From positions 106,084,001 to 106,148,000 of the forward strand of contig NC_086097.1 in NCBI RefSeq assembly GCF_963921235.1: 64,000 nucleotides of DNA, read 5' to 3'. This document shows positions 12,442 to 25,078 of this stretch, one piece after another. The notes under the pieces are model-generated. The model saw nothing but the letters and a program-made list of their open reading frames with translations, was not told the origin of the DNA and did not search any database. Origin of the DNA: Mobula hypostoma. Its lineage: Eukaryota. Made by a program: the position numbers and the translations under genes. Numbering within the stretch: position 1 is the first letter of the stretch; each line of letters opens with the position of its first letter.

Positions 12442-14960
12442 TCATTTGACATGTTCTGCAGCATGTGATGAGCAGTAGAACTTCTTGTGGGTTATAAAGT
12501 TAGACAAGTTACTAAATTGAATGTCACACAGGCGGCAGTATTTCCCGCTGTTTGTTGACTGCACAGAACCACCTACGTTTTTTGGAGTATGAACCGACTG
12601 CTCTTCTAACACTTTAGCTGTGGATGGTGGGTTTTCATGTGGAATTACGGGAGACTCAGATACCCAAGAAGGAGATTTGTGGCCATCTGCTTGCTGGGTA
12701 CTCTGAGATAAAGTATCCTGGTGTGGGTTGCTTGAGAACGATCTTTCATCCGGTTTTATCCCCCCATTGACTGCTGTCATTCCCCTGCTCTTAGGTATCA
12801 AGGGAGCAGGTTCTTTCATCTGTGATGAGCACCCATTGGAAACGGGCTGGTCTTCAGGAAGATCACTTCTGTCTCGTGTGGCTTGCACCAGCTCATCTAT
12901 TTCACTTCGAATGAAAACAGCTCCTGAGATGTAGTCAATTGGCTTAATCCCATAATATGGAGATAATTGCTCACTCCCTGTCATCTTTTTGATTGCTCCA
13001 GGGTAAAGGCAGTGTGGATAGACCACACTCTTGTTTTCTTCTTTAGCGGAAGTGAGCTGAGCTGCCTCACTGAAGGTTTTCAGACCATAGAGGGTTCCCA
13101 ACTGCGGGGGTAACATATTTCCATTTGGGGAGACCAGTTTTGAATTTTCATTTTTCTCACACTTCACTGTATTTCTTTCATTGCTGACTTCAGGGCTGAC
13201 CGTTTCCATTTTCATTAAAGCACTTTCCTTCTGCAACTCATGAAACTTCGACTGCTCTAAATGACCTGCTTCTGCATGAGAGACACTCATACCTGGGCAA
13301 AAATTTTGCTTGTGTGCAAGGTAACTCTCTACTTTGTTAAAACTAATCTTGCACACTGTACATTCATGGTAGTCCAAAAGTCTCTTGGGAGAACAGCTTG
13401 CCTTCTCGGTTTGAGGTGAACACTTTTTGCTTAAATCCATGGGGAGATCTAGGTCCATACTGGCAACAACAGACGGCGTTGCACCACACTTAGCAGAAGT
13501 AAGGGTTCTAGTTCCCGGGATGGAGGGTTCCATTTGTTTTCCAAGAAACATTTCACACCGCCGGTGGGAGTTCTCAGCTAGATTTTCCAGTGATTCCTGA
13601 GAAGACGTTCCAGGGCTACCCATGGCTGACACGCTGAAAAAAGCTTGCTGGACCATCTGTGATCTTTGCTCCTGCTCCGGGTGCGACATCTCATACATCT
13701 TCCGCCGTTTGCGGCTGCGTATGGTCCTTTGCATCGCTGGTACTTTGTTTGCTGCCATTCGCTTCATCGGCGGATCATGTCGTGAGGCGCAGTAGTACTG
13801 CTTGTGCACGGCGTACGTTTCATGCCTGCTAAAAGTTATATTACAGGCTTCACATGTAGTCTTATTTGGATCATTAGCTGCATCCAATACAGGAGTGCTG
13901 GGATTCTTCACATCTTTTAGTTTTCCATCATATTGTTCATCATTGCTGCTGGCTGATGGTTCCTTCTTCAACTGCATGCAATGATCTTTCTCTGAGCTTT
14001 TCCCATCAGGCCCTGCTACATCCAGGACTACAGAGGAGTTGATATTGGTTGACTGAAGAAGTGGATTTTCTGGATTGGGTGCGTTACAAACAGCGCTGTG
14101 AATGCTAATAGGGCTGGGTCCACTGCCAGGACTTATTGCCTCTGGCATCTTCTCATTAGTGCTGGCAAAGTCCGGCGACTTGACTACATGCTGCCATCGT
14201 GTACTACAGTAATGTTTCTTGTGGATCAAATAATTATCCAAGTTATTGAATGTAATATTGCATTCAAAGCAAATGGCTCCCTTTGGTACAAGTGGACTGT
14301 AAATAACAGGTGGGTAGTTGCTTCCGCCTTGTCTTAATCTGCGGTGCACCAGTTCAGACATTTTAGCTAAGATCTCTGAAGCTTGAGGAACCATGGATAT
14401 ATCCTGGGAGAGAGCAAACTGAGACAGAAAGGGGCCCATTGGGACAGTGGAGCCTATGTTAGGTTGAATTGGAGAGGAAGCGAGTCGCGGGCTGGATGGC
14501 TCTGATTTGATTCTGGCAAAAGGAAAATTCTGCCTGTTTCCTGCTGGCTGGGCTTCAATCTTCTGATGTGTTACACCCGTCTGTGCATTTTTCTCTATCT
14601 TTTCTCCCTCAGTGTCAGAGCACATTTCCTTACTCTGGCTGACCCCTGGGTTCGACGGAACTTCCTGCCTGCTTGCTGTGTCTGCTGCTATCAACTGGAA
14701 GCTGTCCTCATTGTTGAGAGGCAAGTGTTCATTTTCACTTTCCCTTTGCAGCTTCCTGCTCTGACTGTGATGAAGCTCCTGGTGTTGCAGAAGCTTCCTG
14801 TGGCTTTGGAAACCAAAGTGGCAATGATTGCACTTGAAGGCAGCTGGTGTGAGGTGAGTGAGTACATGGTGTTGGAAGCTCAGCACATTGTCTGTCATGT
14901 ACTCACAGATGGTACACTTCAGGCTGGCACCAGCAGAAAGACAATCTTCAAATTTCAGAC
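12442..14960 (-). CDS. ZFPM2: ZFPM2 last coding exon: ZF3-ZF8, basic NLS (RKRRK), CtBP-binding PxDLS motif, stop codon
   Basis: Acceptor ttttctctctgtacag|GT at 14960; open frame to TGA at 12442-12444. Contains IKSEPSSPRLASSP, ASEILAKMSELVHRRLR, four CCHC FOG fingers and C-terminal KYCRLCDIQF...HKKFYCSSHAAEHVK. The ORF-track extension 14961-15021 is intron. Confidence 0.98.
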
Positions 14961-15779
14961 CTGTACAGAGAGAAAACAGTTTCACTGTTGTGTTTCCATT
15001 AGTTTGATAACAGTTTGGCAACAGAAATCTGTTTTCTATTTTAATCCATTCTTATTAACCTCCATTGAATTTGGTTTTACAATACTTGAAAAAATAATTT
15101 ACACTATACTAGTTATGTATATCATTTAGTAGATAAAGTGCATGAAAGCATGGTCTTTTACAGAACTATGAACAGAAAGGTTATTAAAGAGAATAAATAT
15201 TGCTGAAAGAATGCAGATTTAAAGAGGATAAAAATAACTTTGGCAATTTTATTAGTTAAACTTCTTAGATGATTTTTCTTTGTCCACTATTATAACACAA
15301 TGGAATAAAATTTTCAAAATAAATGAGTTAATACCACTACTTAAACAGCAAGTAACACAATGTCAAACACATTGAACAATAATGTATTGAAATTCATACA
15401 ATAATACTGCTTTTGGAAATTTCATTGCTACTGTACATCTCTGACAATCTTTAAAGTATTTTTAAACATTAAAAATACTTCAAAGTATATTTAAACATTA
15501 AACCATAAATAATGTAAGAGATTTGACACCTACTACTCTATACAATCATACCAGAATGGGTTTGTGTGACATACTAGAGGAAATGACCATTAAAATTCCC
15601 CTGAGCACAGTGTAGATCCTTCTGCAGGGCCAAAAAAATAAACTGCTTATGAAAATCTGCACTAACATGCACTTTATGGGGCAATCATGCTGACTGGTGC
15701 ACATCTTCTGTACTTAAAGAGATCTTAAAATATATCAGTGGCAACAGCTTTTGCCGCTGGCACACAATAACAATTTAAT

Positions 15780-17378
15780 ATAGAAACATAGAAAACCTAC
15801 AGCACAATACAGACCCTTTGGCCCACAAAGTTGTGCCAAACATGTCCCTACCTTAGAAATTACTAGGCTTACCTATAGCCCTCTGTTTTTCTAAGCTCCA
15901 TGTACCTATCCAAAAGTCTCTTAAAAGACTCTATCGTATCCTCCACCACCGTTGCCGGCAGCCCATTCCACGCACTCACCACTCTCTGAGTAAAAACCTT
16001 ACCCCTGACATCTCCTCTGTACCTACTCCCCAGCACCTTAAACCTGTGTCCTCTTGTGGCAACTATTTCAGCTCTGGGAAAAAGTTTCTGACTATCCACA
16101 TGATCAATGCCTCTCATTATCTTATACCTCTCTATCAGGTCACTTCTCATTCTCCTTCGCTCCAAGGAGAAAAGGCCAAGTTCACTCAACCTATTCTCAT
16201 AAGGCATGCTTCCCAGTCCAGGCAACATCCTTGTAAATCTCCTCTGCACCCTTTCTATGGCTTCCACATCCTTCCTGTAGTGAGGCGACCAGAACTAAGC
16301 ACAGTACTTCAAGTGGGGTCTGACCAGTGTCCTGTATAGCTGCAACATTACCTCTCGGCTCCTAAATTCAATTCCATGATTGATGAAGGCCGATACACAG
16401 TATGCCCTCTTAACCAAAGAGTCAACCTGCACAGCTGCTTTGAGTATCCCGTGGACTCGGACCCCAAGATCCCTCTAATCCTCCACACTGCCAAGAGTCT
16501 TAACATTAATAGAATATTCTGCCATCATATTTGACCTATCAAAATGAACCACTTCACACTTATCTGGGTTGAACTCCATCTGCCACTTCTCAGCCCAGTT
16601 TTGCATCTTATCAATGTCCCGCTGTAACCACTGACAGCCGTCCACACTATCCACAACACCTCCAACCTTTGTGTCATCAGCAAACTTACTAACCCATCCC
16701 TCCACTTCCTCATCCAGGTCATTTATAAAAATCACAAAGAGTAAGGGTCCCAGAACAGTTCTCTGAGGCACTTCACTGGTGACCGACCTCCATGCAGAAT
16801 ATGACCCGTCTCCAACCACTCTTTGCCTTCTGTGGGCAAGCCAGTTCTAGATGCACAAAGCAATGTCCCCTTGGATCCCATGCCTCTTTACTTTCTCAAT
16901 AAGCCTTGCATAGGGTACCTTATCAAATGCCTTGCTTAAGTCCATATACACTACATCTTCTGCTCTTCTTTCATCAATGTGTTTAGTCACATCCTTAAAA
17001 AATTCAATCAGGCTCGTAAGGCATGACCTGCCCTTGACAAAGCTACTCCTAATCATATTATATCTCTCCAAATGTCATAAGTCCTGCCTCTCAGGATCTT
17101 CTCCATCAACTTACCAACCACTGAGATAAGGCTCACTGGTCTATAATTTCCAGGGCTATCTCTACTCCCTTTCTCGAATAAAGGAACTACATTTGCAACC
17201 CTCCAATCCTCCTGAACCTCTCTCGTTCCCATTGATGATCACCGCCAGAGGCTCAGAAATCTCCTCCCTCGCCTCCCACAGTAGCCTGGGGTACATTTCA
17301 TCCGGTCCCAGTGACTTATCCAACCTGATGCTTTCCAGCACATCCTCTTTCTTAATGTTCAAGCTTTTCAGCCTGTAA
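15780..17378 (-). mobile_element. 5'-truncated CR1 LINE (broken RT)
   Basis: ORF fragments 17162-17509, 16847-17071, 16475-16819 (FADD) and 15869-16267; 3' tail TTTTCTATGTTTCTA. Confidence 0.93.
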
Positions 17379-17716
17379 AGGAGCTGCATGCAACAGTTGA
17401 AACTAACACACATCAGGCCTGCACCTTTTAAAGGGGGAAGTGAGTACTGAATCAAGCAATGACTAAAGTCCTTTTTAAACATGATTTCACACATTGGTAC
17501 AACCACCATTTACTATCCACCCTCAATTGCCCTGAAATGAGTGTTGCATCAGGGGGCAGGTAAAAATAAAGCAGATTACTGAATCTGGAGGGACATGTAG
17601 GCGAGATAAAGTAATAATGACAGATTTCTGTTGGAGGGCTATGGGTAAGCCTAGGTAGTTCTATGGTAAGGACATGTTCGGCACAGCTTTGTGGGCCGAA
17701 GGGCCTATATTGTGCT

Positions 17717-17915
17717 CAAACATGAGGAAATCTGCAGATGCTGGAATTTCAAGCAACACACATAAAAATTACTGGTGAACGCAGCAGGCCAGGCAGCATC
17801 TATAGGAAGAGGTACAGTCGACGTTTAGGGCCGAGACCCTTCATCAGGACTGACGAAGGGTCTCAGCTCTAAACGTCGACTGTACCTCTTCTTATTGATG
17901 CTGCCTGGCCTGCTG
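17717..17915. mobile_element. Short fold-back Penelope-like insertion with two inverted hammerhead motifs
   Basis: TSD TATTGTGCT (17708-17716, 17916-17924); ~65-bp inverted arms centred near 17848. Confidence 0.85.
17815..17852 (-). ncRNA. Minimal type I hammerhead ribozyme motif (G12U variant, likely inactive)
   Basis: CAGTC-CTGATGA-A-GGGT(CTCG)GCCC-TAAA-CG-TC-GACTG: 5-bp stem I, core CUGAUGA, 4-bp stem II, palindromic ACGU stem III and GUC cleavage triplet. GAAA is changed to UAAA. Confidence 0.8.
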
Positions 17916-20900
17916 TATTGTGCTGTAGGTTTTCTATGTTTCTATGAAACTAATTGAAAGAAAAACACAACTGGTATGAAGGTGTCTACTTCGTTTTACT
18001 ATTTAGCAAGGTGCGCACATATAACACGCTGGCGTAATGACGTCTTACATTCACGTACTTCTTAAATATCATCTGTAATAAATTATACTGTATAAACAAA
18101 CAAGAATGCTTAATCAAACAAAGTATTTACAATATGCTGTAAATAATATTAACTACACGACCCTCCTCCCGGCTTAGTTATAAGCTCCAACTCAATATAG
18201 AATGAACCTCAACTATATATATAGGACACCATATACAAACATCCACAGCATAGTAAGTTTTAAATTATCCCAATCAAGCTTGAAGATTTAATCGCTATGG
18301 AGGATTTCTTACTCGTGTGGAAAAATATATTTCCTGATAACCCCACTACTTGGCAGGTAACAGTCTTAGGTTCTGGGATGGCAGGAAGTGGTTCTGACTG
18401 CTCTGGACACCTTTCTTCTCTGATAATTAACTCTGTTCTCCTCAACTGATTGATGTGTCATCTTCAAATGACGTCTGACACAATCTTTGCTGTGCAGGAG
18501 AGTGGTCCAGTTCTGTCCTTAATCTTTCCAAGTAGCAACTTTTGATCACCTGTGCAGTCCCTTGCAAGGACTGCTTGTCCAGGAGCGAAACATTGAATCT
18601 CCTTGTTTGAGGAGCTTTCAATTTGTCTCAGCTGTTTGTCCTACATGCCTCTTCTGAGATTCAGCTTGAAGAGATCCAAGTGTGAATGCAAGGAATGACC
18701 CAGGAACAGCATATCTGTGAGTCATTGGTTGTGGAGTGTACTGCATTGTGATATGCACGGAGGAAATTGGCAAGCTTCTGACTCAGTGCCAGTGTAGTAC
18801 GCTCTGCTGACATTGTTCACAGTGCAATTTTTAGACTCTGGACAAACCTTTCCGCCAAGCCACCTGCAGTTGGGTGGTACGGTGCAGATGAAATATGACT
18901 TGTTTAATTCATTTTCAGAGATGACAGAAACTGTTCTGCAACAAACTGTGGTCCATTGTCACTGACTAATTGTTCTGAAACACCAGTCCTTGAGAAAACA
19001 TTTCTCAACACTTCAATACTGTGCGAGGCTGTACTGGAGGCTATTGGGAAAACTTCTGGCCACTTTGTAACTGCATCCATGAATGGTCCAGCAAAATCCA
19101 CATGATTCCTTTGCCAGAGCAATGCAGATCATTCCCAAGGATGGAGAGGGGCTGCTCCTGGCATCTTCTGGATGTGTTGGCATCCCAAACAGTGCTTGGC
19201 AAGCTGCGTGATCTGCTGATTTATCCCAAACTACCAGTTAAAACATCGAGATCGTGCTTTCATTTTGACCACGCATGTAGCTCCTCCAACACTTTAGCTC
19301 TCAGCCTGCATGGTACAACATCTCTCAATCCCCACATAAGGCAACTCCTTGTCAGGGGCAAGTTCATACAGACACTGGTAAAAATGGGGAAACTGAAATT
19401 TCTGCATACATTCCAGCTATTTTGGATTGCCATGTACATCTGAGAGAGTGTGAAGTATTTTCTGCTTTCTCTTTGGTTCATCTCTGCCGTAACAGACATT
19501 TTCGATTTGTATTAAGGAGGAGTCAAGAGGAGTGTCGTCTTTTGTAAATTTTTCAGGTACAGTATTTCCTTTACCAAGGGTAAATGGGACAATACATCAG
19601 TATTTCCATGTTTAGTCATCCTCTTGAATTCGATCTTCTGATTTTGTCCTCGAAGAACCAGAGTCCATTTCTGCATTCGTGCTGCTGCTGTTAGTGGAAC
19701 ACCCTTCTGTGGATTGAAAATGGACACCAGTGGTTGATGATCAGTAATGAGGGTAAACTCTCTCACATATAAGTAATGGTTGAAATGTTTTACACCCCAA
19801 ACCAGACTTAAGGCCTTTCTGTCAATCTGTGTGTAAATTTTCTCTGCAGTGGTAAGGAATTTGATAAAAAGGCTGTGGGACATTCACTTCCATCACTCAT
19901 AACATGTGACATGACTGTCACAGGTTAGCTTCACTGGACGATGTGGATCATAATGTGAGTAGTGTCTGATGTTATCATTTGCTTTGTCTTTTGGAAAGCC
20001 ACTTCACACTGCTTCATCATTGCCATTTCTCCCCGATGTGCAGTAACAAGTTGATGGGGTGCAGCACAGTATCCAGGTTTGGCAGGGTGTAGTATATATT
20101 GGCATGTATGGCATAGTGAATGACAGATCTTAGAAAGGACCACAACTGTGACAGGTCCTTTAGATCTGGGCCAACCACCACTGCCTGTATTTTCCCAGCT
20201 CACTTGTGTAATCCTTGTGTCAATGGTGTGGCCACACAGTGCTCTGAGTCCAAAATCCTATAGTCTTTTTAACACCGTCTTGAGATTCTGAAGATGTCCC
20301 CTGTCATCTTTACCAAAAACAATGACGTCGTCTAGATAACACTGAGTGTAACACAGCCTGGCAGCACCTGGCCTGCAGATTTCTGCCAGGGTGCAGGTGC
20401 AGGTGCAGATGCTACTTCAAAAATAAGCCTATTATAGCAATAAGGCTCTTTGTGAGTGTTTATGTTGAGAAACACTTTAGACTCTCCTTCCATCTCCATT
20501 TGCAGGTCTTAGCTAAGTCCACTTTGCTGAAATGCTTCATTCCAGAAAGGTTTGTAAAGATATCCTCAATCCTGGGCAAAAGGTATTGATCTACTTTCAC
20601 TACTAGATTGACAGTGACCTTAAAATCACCAAAGATATTGACAAACCCATCTTTTTTTGGCTACTGGGACCACTGGCTTTGCCTATGGTCTCCACTCAAC
20701 CTTGCCAAGAAATATTTCAGCCTCCATGTGATCTAGGTCACTGGCTACTTTATCACAGTTGGTACAAGGAACCAGACAGGCTTTGTAAAACTTGGCTGTG
20801 GTATTTTCATTTTAACACTATTTTATCCTTGATATGTTTGAGTTCTCCAATCTCATCCTTGAACACTGCTGTGGTATCATCCAGTACCTTTCTTAATTTG

Positions 20901-22489
20901 CTTTCAGTTGACTATTACAGGGGATGTCACATGTAAATGGTGGATGGATCTCTGATCAAGTTGCAGTTGTCAGTCACTCACGGCCCCACAAAACTGGCTC
21001 TCCTATTTTTACTACATACAAGCTCAATGTGGCTTGTTAGTTGTTGCTACAAATTCACTGTTTCAAATGTCATTCCCAAAGAAGTTATCTTTTCTCTAGT
21101 ATAAGTTCTTAGTTGGATATCTGAGGGCTTCATTTTGATATCTTTAAAATGCCATTCAAACTCATTTTGTGGAATGATTGAAACAACTGAGCCAATGTCC
21201 AATTCCATTTTAATTAATTTGCCATTCACTTTGGGTGTAAGTGTAAGCCATATTGCTTGTCTATTGTTAGTTTTCACATTATACATCTCTAGGCTCCTCA
21301 GTCCTGAGTCACTCACATCATTATCAGATTTTTTTTATCAATAGCATGCAGATTAGTGCTCTGTTTGAAACTGCAACATAACTTTTTATCTTCCCTCTGC
21401 AGTCCATTTATTTTTGTCTGCCTGACATGCTCTTTGTATGTGTCCTACTTTATGGAATTTTCTGCAAGTTTTGCCTTTAATCCTGCATTGGTCGTGAGTA
21501 TGTTGAATCCCTGCCACAATTTTGTTTGGCCAGCCAGGTTTCTGTTTAGGCATTGGGATTTCATTCACGTTCACTTCATTCCTGACTGCAACTCAATTGG
21601 GTCTCTGGTTGCCATTTTCATTGAAACAATGATTTCAACTGCCCTCTTAAATGTGAGTTGTGCTTCAGATAGGAGCCGTATCTTAACGTTTTGAAAGATT
21701 TCACAAAATAAATGATCTTTCAGTGCATCACTGAAATGACAATACTCAGAAAACTTCTTCAATTCTGCCACATACATTTAAGTAGGCTCCCCTTCCTCTT
21801 GATTCCACTTATGAAACCTGAAATTCTGTAATCAACAATGATTTTCGTTCTAAATAATCCTGCATTAAATTCAGGATATCAGCAAAGCTCATTTTGGCTG
21901 GTTTAGTTCGAGCAGTTAAACTTCTAAGAACACCGTATTCTTTTCCACTAATTAAACTCAGTAACACTGGTGTTCACTTTTCATCGGCTACTTCATTTGC
22001 TTAATTCATTCAATATACATAATCCAGTTACCTGTTGTGCAATGAAACTTATGTATTTTTCTAATACAGCCAGCTATTTCTGCTTTTTAAAAAATGATTA
22101 TTACCACATGGTACTCACTGTTTATGAACCTGTGGCTATACCTGTTACTTGTTAACTTAGTTTGTTTTCTGGCTTTTTAAAAATTCAACTGTCTCTTTCT
22201 CCTCCTTTCTGAAGAAAAAAGGACGTGCTGTGTTTCAACAGGTCAGTGGTCATCTCAGGTTTGTTTTACAACTACCTCATTGAACTGTTGTGTTTTGTAA
22301 CTCCAAAAACTAATCGAATAAAAAAACACAAGAGCCAGCAGATACTCGTGTACTTAGTTTCACTTTAGTGAAGTACTTACATATGACTTATGTAAACATA
22401 CACGAATACACAATCAAACAACACACTTAGAATAGTACTCAAGTGTTACTGAAATATTAAATAGACTACAAATTCCTTCACTGAAGACC

Positions 22490-22965
22490 AAAGTTAATTT
22501 ATTATCGAAGTATGTACGGATATGTCACCATGTAGTACCCAGAGATACATTTTCTTGCAGACATTTACAGTAGATACAAAGAAACACAAAAAAAAACAAA
22601 ACTACACACTAAATTGGACAAACAACGGGCAAAAGAAGACAAACTGTGCAAATACAAAAAAAATTAAAAATAAATAGTTAATAAATAATATTGAGAATGT
22701 GAGTTGTAGAGCCCTTGAAAGTGAGTCCATTCATTGTGGAATCAGTTCAGTGTTGAGGTGAGTGAAGTTATCCATGCTGGTTCAGAAGACTGATGGTTGA
22801 AGGTTAAAGCTGTTCCTGAATCTGGTGGTGTGGGACCAAAGGCTTCTGAATCTCCTTTCTGATGGCAGCAATAATAAAGCATGGCTTGGATGGTGGGGGT
22901 CTTCGATGATGGATGCTGCTTTCTTGTGGTATTGCTCCTTGTAGATGTGCTTAGTGATGAGCAGG
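22490..22965 (-). mobile_element. Rex1/Babar LINE 3' fragment
   Basis: KAASIIEDPHHPSHA...SHTTRFRNSF C-terminal motif, followed by the characteristic ...ACTTCGATAATAAATT tail. Confidence 0.75.
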
Positions 22966-23202
22966 CTTTTTCTTGTATAGCCAGATTTTTTTTTACAATA
23001 ATTTCAGTCAGTACAACTGACATCTTTGTTTTTATACCATATTAATTACTTCAATATAAATTTTTGTGTCCAACATTGTCCAGATTGTTGGACTCCCTTG
23101 CTAATGGATATCTCATACCTTATGCACTTTTGCAACTATTCAATCACAGCTGATGGCTCATAAATGGACATTGTAACACTATCATTCTCCCCTCTCTTGC
23201 AG

Positions 23203-23480
23203 GAGAGGGCACAGTTTTAAGGTGCTTGGAAGTAAGTACAGAGGAGATGTTGAGTAAGTTTTTTACACAGAGAGTGGTGAGTGTGTGGAATGGGCTGCCA
23301 GTGACGGTGGAGGAGGCGGATACAATAGGGTCTTTTATGAGACTCCTGGATAGGTACATGGAGCTAGAAAAATAGAGGGTTAAGGCTAACCCTAGGTAAT
23401 TTCTAAGTAAGTACATGTTCGGCACAGCATTGTGGACTGAAGGGCCTGTATTGTGCTGTAGGTTTTCTATGTTTCTATGA
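23203..23480 (+). mobile_element. CR1 3'-end fragment
   Basis: GHSFK and FTQRVVSVWNGLP coding remnant; tail TTTTCTATGTTTCTATG. Confidence 0.85.
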
Positions 23481-24458
23481 GATGGTTGGACCTGTGTCAG
23501 GGAAAACTGCACTCTATGGTTCACTAGTCATGTGTGCTGCAGTCAGGCTGGGGAATAGCACAGCTCTGTACTAGCTCCTAAAGGTCAAAAAATAATATGT
23601 ACACCAGTTCTGCTTGATGACTGATAGTAACTGTGTCAGAAAAGACTAATTGGCCTGGCCTGGCTGAAATCCTTATGAGAGAAACTGAAAGATTGATGGA
23701 TGGGGTTGGTGTCACGTTGTAAGGTTGAAAGTGACTTCATGTAGAACTTGGAAGTTGATCCTTCTAGTAAAGAATAGGTGCATATCAACAATTTTAAAGA
23801 ATGTGCTTGGCATAATGTGCAAAACTTAGAACCACCATTTCAACATGGGCAGAAAACACTCATAGCATGAGTGATACACTAGAATTTGTATGATACTAGA
23901 AAGGCAGGTGGGGCAGGCACGTTGGAGTACCGAAGGGTGATTCACGGACTGTTGTAGGGTTTGGATACACAGAAATGTTTAAGATGCTGATTCACTTTGT
24001 TCTGGTTTTCATGGTTTATCTCAAGCAATGATGAGATGATACCCCAAAACCTAACAGTGATGTCATCCCAAGTTTACAACCCAGGGATGTACGATTAGGT
24101 TTTGGGGTTTACTATATTTTTAACCCCCACAGAAACTCATCAGAGAGCAATGCATCAATATGTGTTCAAATTCACCTTGTAGAAGATTTTGGCAGATAAG
24201 CTGCCAAACATCCATTTGTGTTTCCATCTACATCCAAAATTGCTCAGTTGCTCTAACAATAGCTTTCCAGAGGTCATACCTAGACTTCTTGTAGGTCTCT
24301 GGATTGCCAGTCTTGCACATCACAGACTACAAATTGGGTTCATGTAGGGTATGGGAAGATTTAATTTATTTTTGTGGACGTACACTTGGTCATACAGGTC
24401 TTGATGAAATCAGTGACAATTATGGCAGATTTGTTTAATCTGTCCATACTGTACTAGA

Positions 24459-24700
24459 TGGCATGGTAGCGTAGTGCATATAGTGCAGGTGACTTGGGTT
24501 CAATTCCTGCTGCTTTCTGTAAGGAGTTTGTACCTTCTTCCCATGACTGTGTGAGTGTCCTCCAAGTGCTCTAGTTTCCAAAGATGTATGAGTTACTAGG
24601 TTAATTGGGCACATGGGTGAAATAATTGAGCGAAAGAAACTCGTTGGGCTGGAAGGGCACGTTACTACGCCATATTGTTAAATCTCTAAACTCTCTAAAT
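24459..24700 (+). mobile_element. V-SINE (degenerate)
   Basis: GGTAGCGTAGTG A-box-like, GGGTTCAATTCC B-box, TGTAAGGAGTTTGTA and V-core. Confidence 0.7.
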
Positions 24701-24711
24701 CCCTGAATATG

Positions 24712-25078
24712 GTCACACCATCAGGTTCTGCAACAGTTATTACCACTCAACCATCAAGCTCTTGAAACAAAGGGGATAACTTCACTTGCCCCATCATTGA
24801 AATGTTCCCACAACCAATGGACTCACTTTCAAGGACTCTTTATCTCACTTCTTGAAACTTATTGCTTATTTATTTATTATTTCCTTCATTTTGTACTTGC
24901 ACAGTTTGTTGTCTTCTGCACACTGGTTGAACACCCAAGTTGAGTGGTCTTCCATTGATTCTGAAATGGTTATTTATTATTCTATAGATTTATTGAGTAT
25001 GCCTGCAACAAAATGAATCTCAGGGTTGTTAATGGTGACATATATGTGCTTTGATAATAAATTTACCTTGAACGTTGA
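24712..25078 (+). mobile_element. Rex1/Babar LINE 3' end
   Basis: TIRFCNSYYHSTIKLL C-terminus plus tail GAATCTCAGGGTTG...TTTGATAATAAATTTACCTTGAAC. Confidence 0.75.

Larger units (their letters stand above)
17634..17945 (+). mobile_element. CR1 3' UTR fragment inserted in the Gypsy LTR, itself interrupted
   Basis: Matches the CR1 3' UTRs at 23375-23480 and 39510-39615; ends TTTTCTATGTTTCTATG. Confidence 0.85.
17629..22470 (-). mobile_element. Decayed full-length Ty3/Gypsy (Mag-like) LTR retrotransposon
   Basis: Gag knuckle remnant (CRKFHKVGHIQRAC), protease (MELDIGS), RT YLDD at 20327-20338, RNase H (FTLITDHQPL) and integrase (HVDFAGPF, SDNGPQF) in PR-RT-RH-IN order. Short TG..CA LTRs at 22286-22470 and 17629-18157 (interrupted); PPT at 18161-18170; flanks ATTTC/AATTC. 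Confidence 0.9.

Noticed and set aside
14566..15129. 187-aa plus-strand ORF and other short plus-strand ORFs overlapping the ZFPM2 last exon
   Set aside because: Antisense shadows of the real exon with no recognisable domain; no evidence for an antisense gene.
15454..15502. 12-bp AT-rich hairpin plus short direct repeat
   Set aside because: Low-complexity AT sequence, compatible with a local slippage event; no further support.
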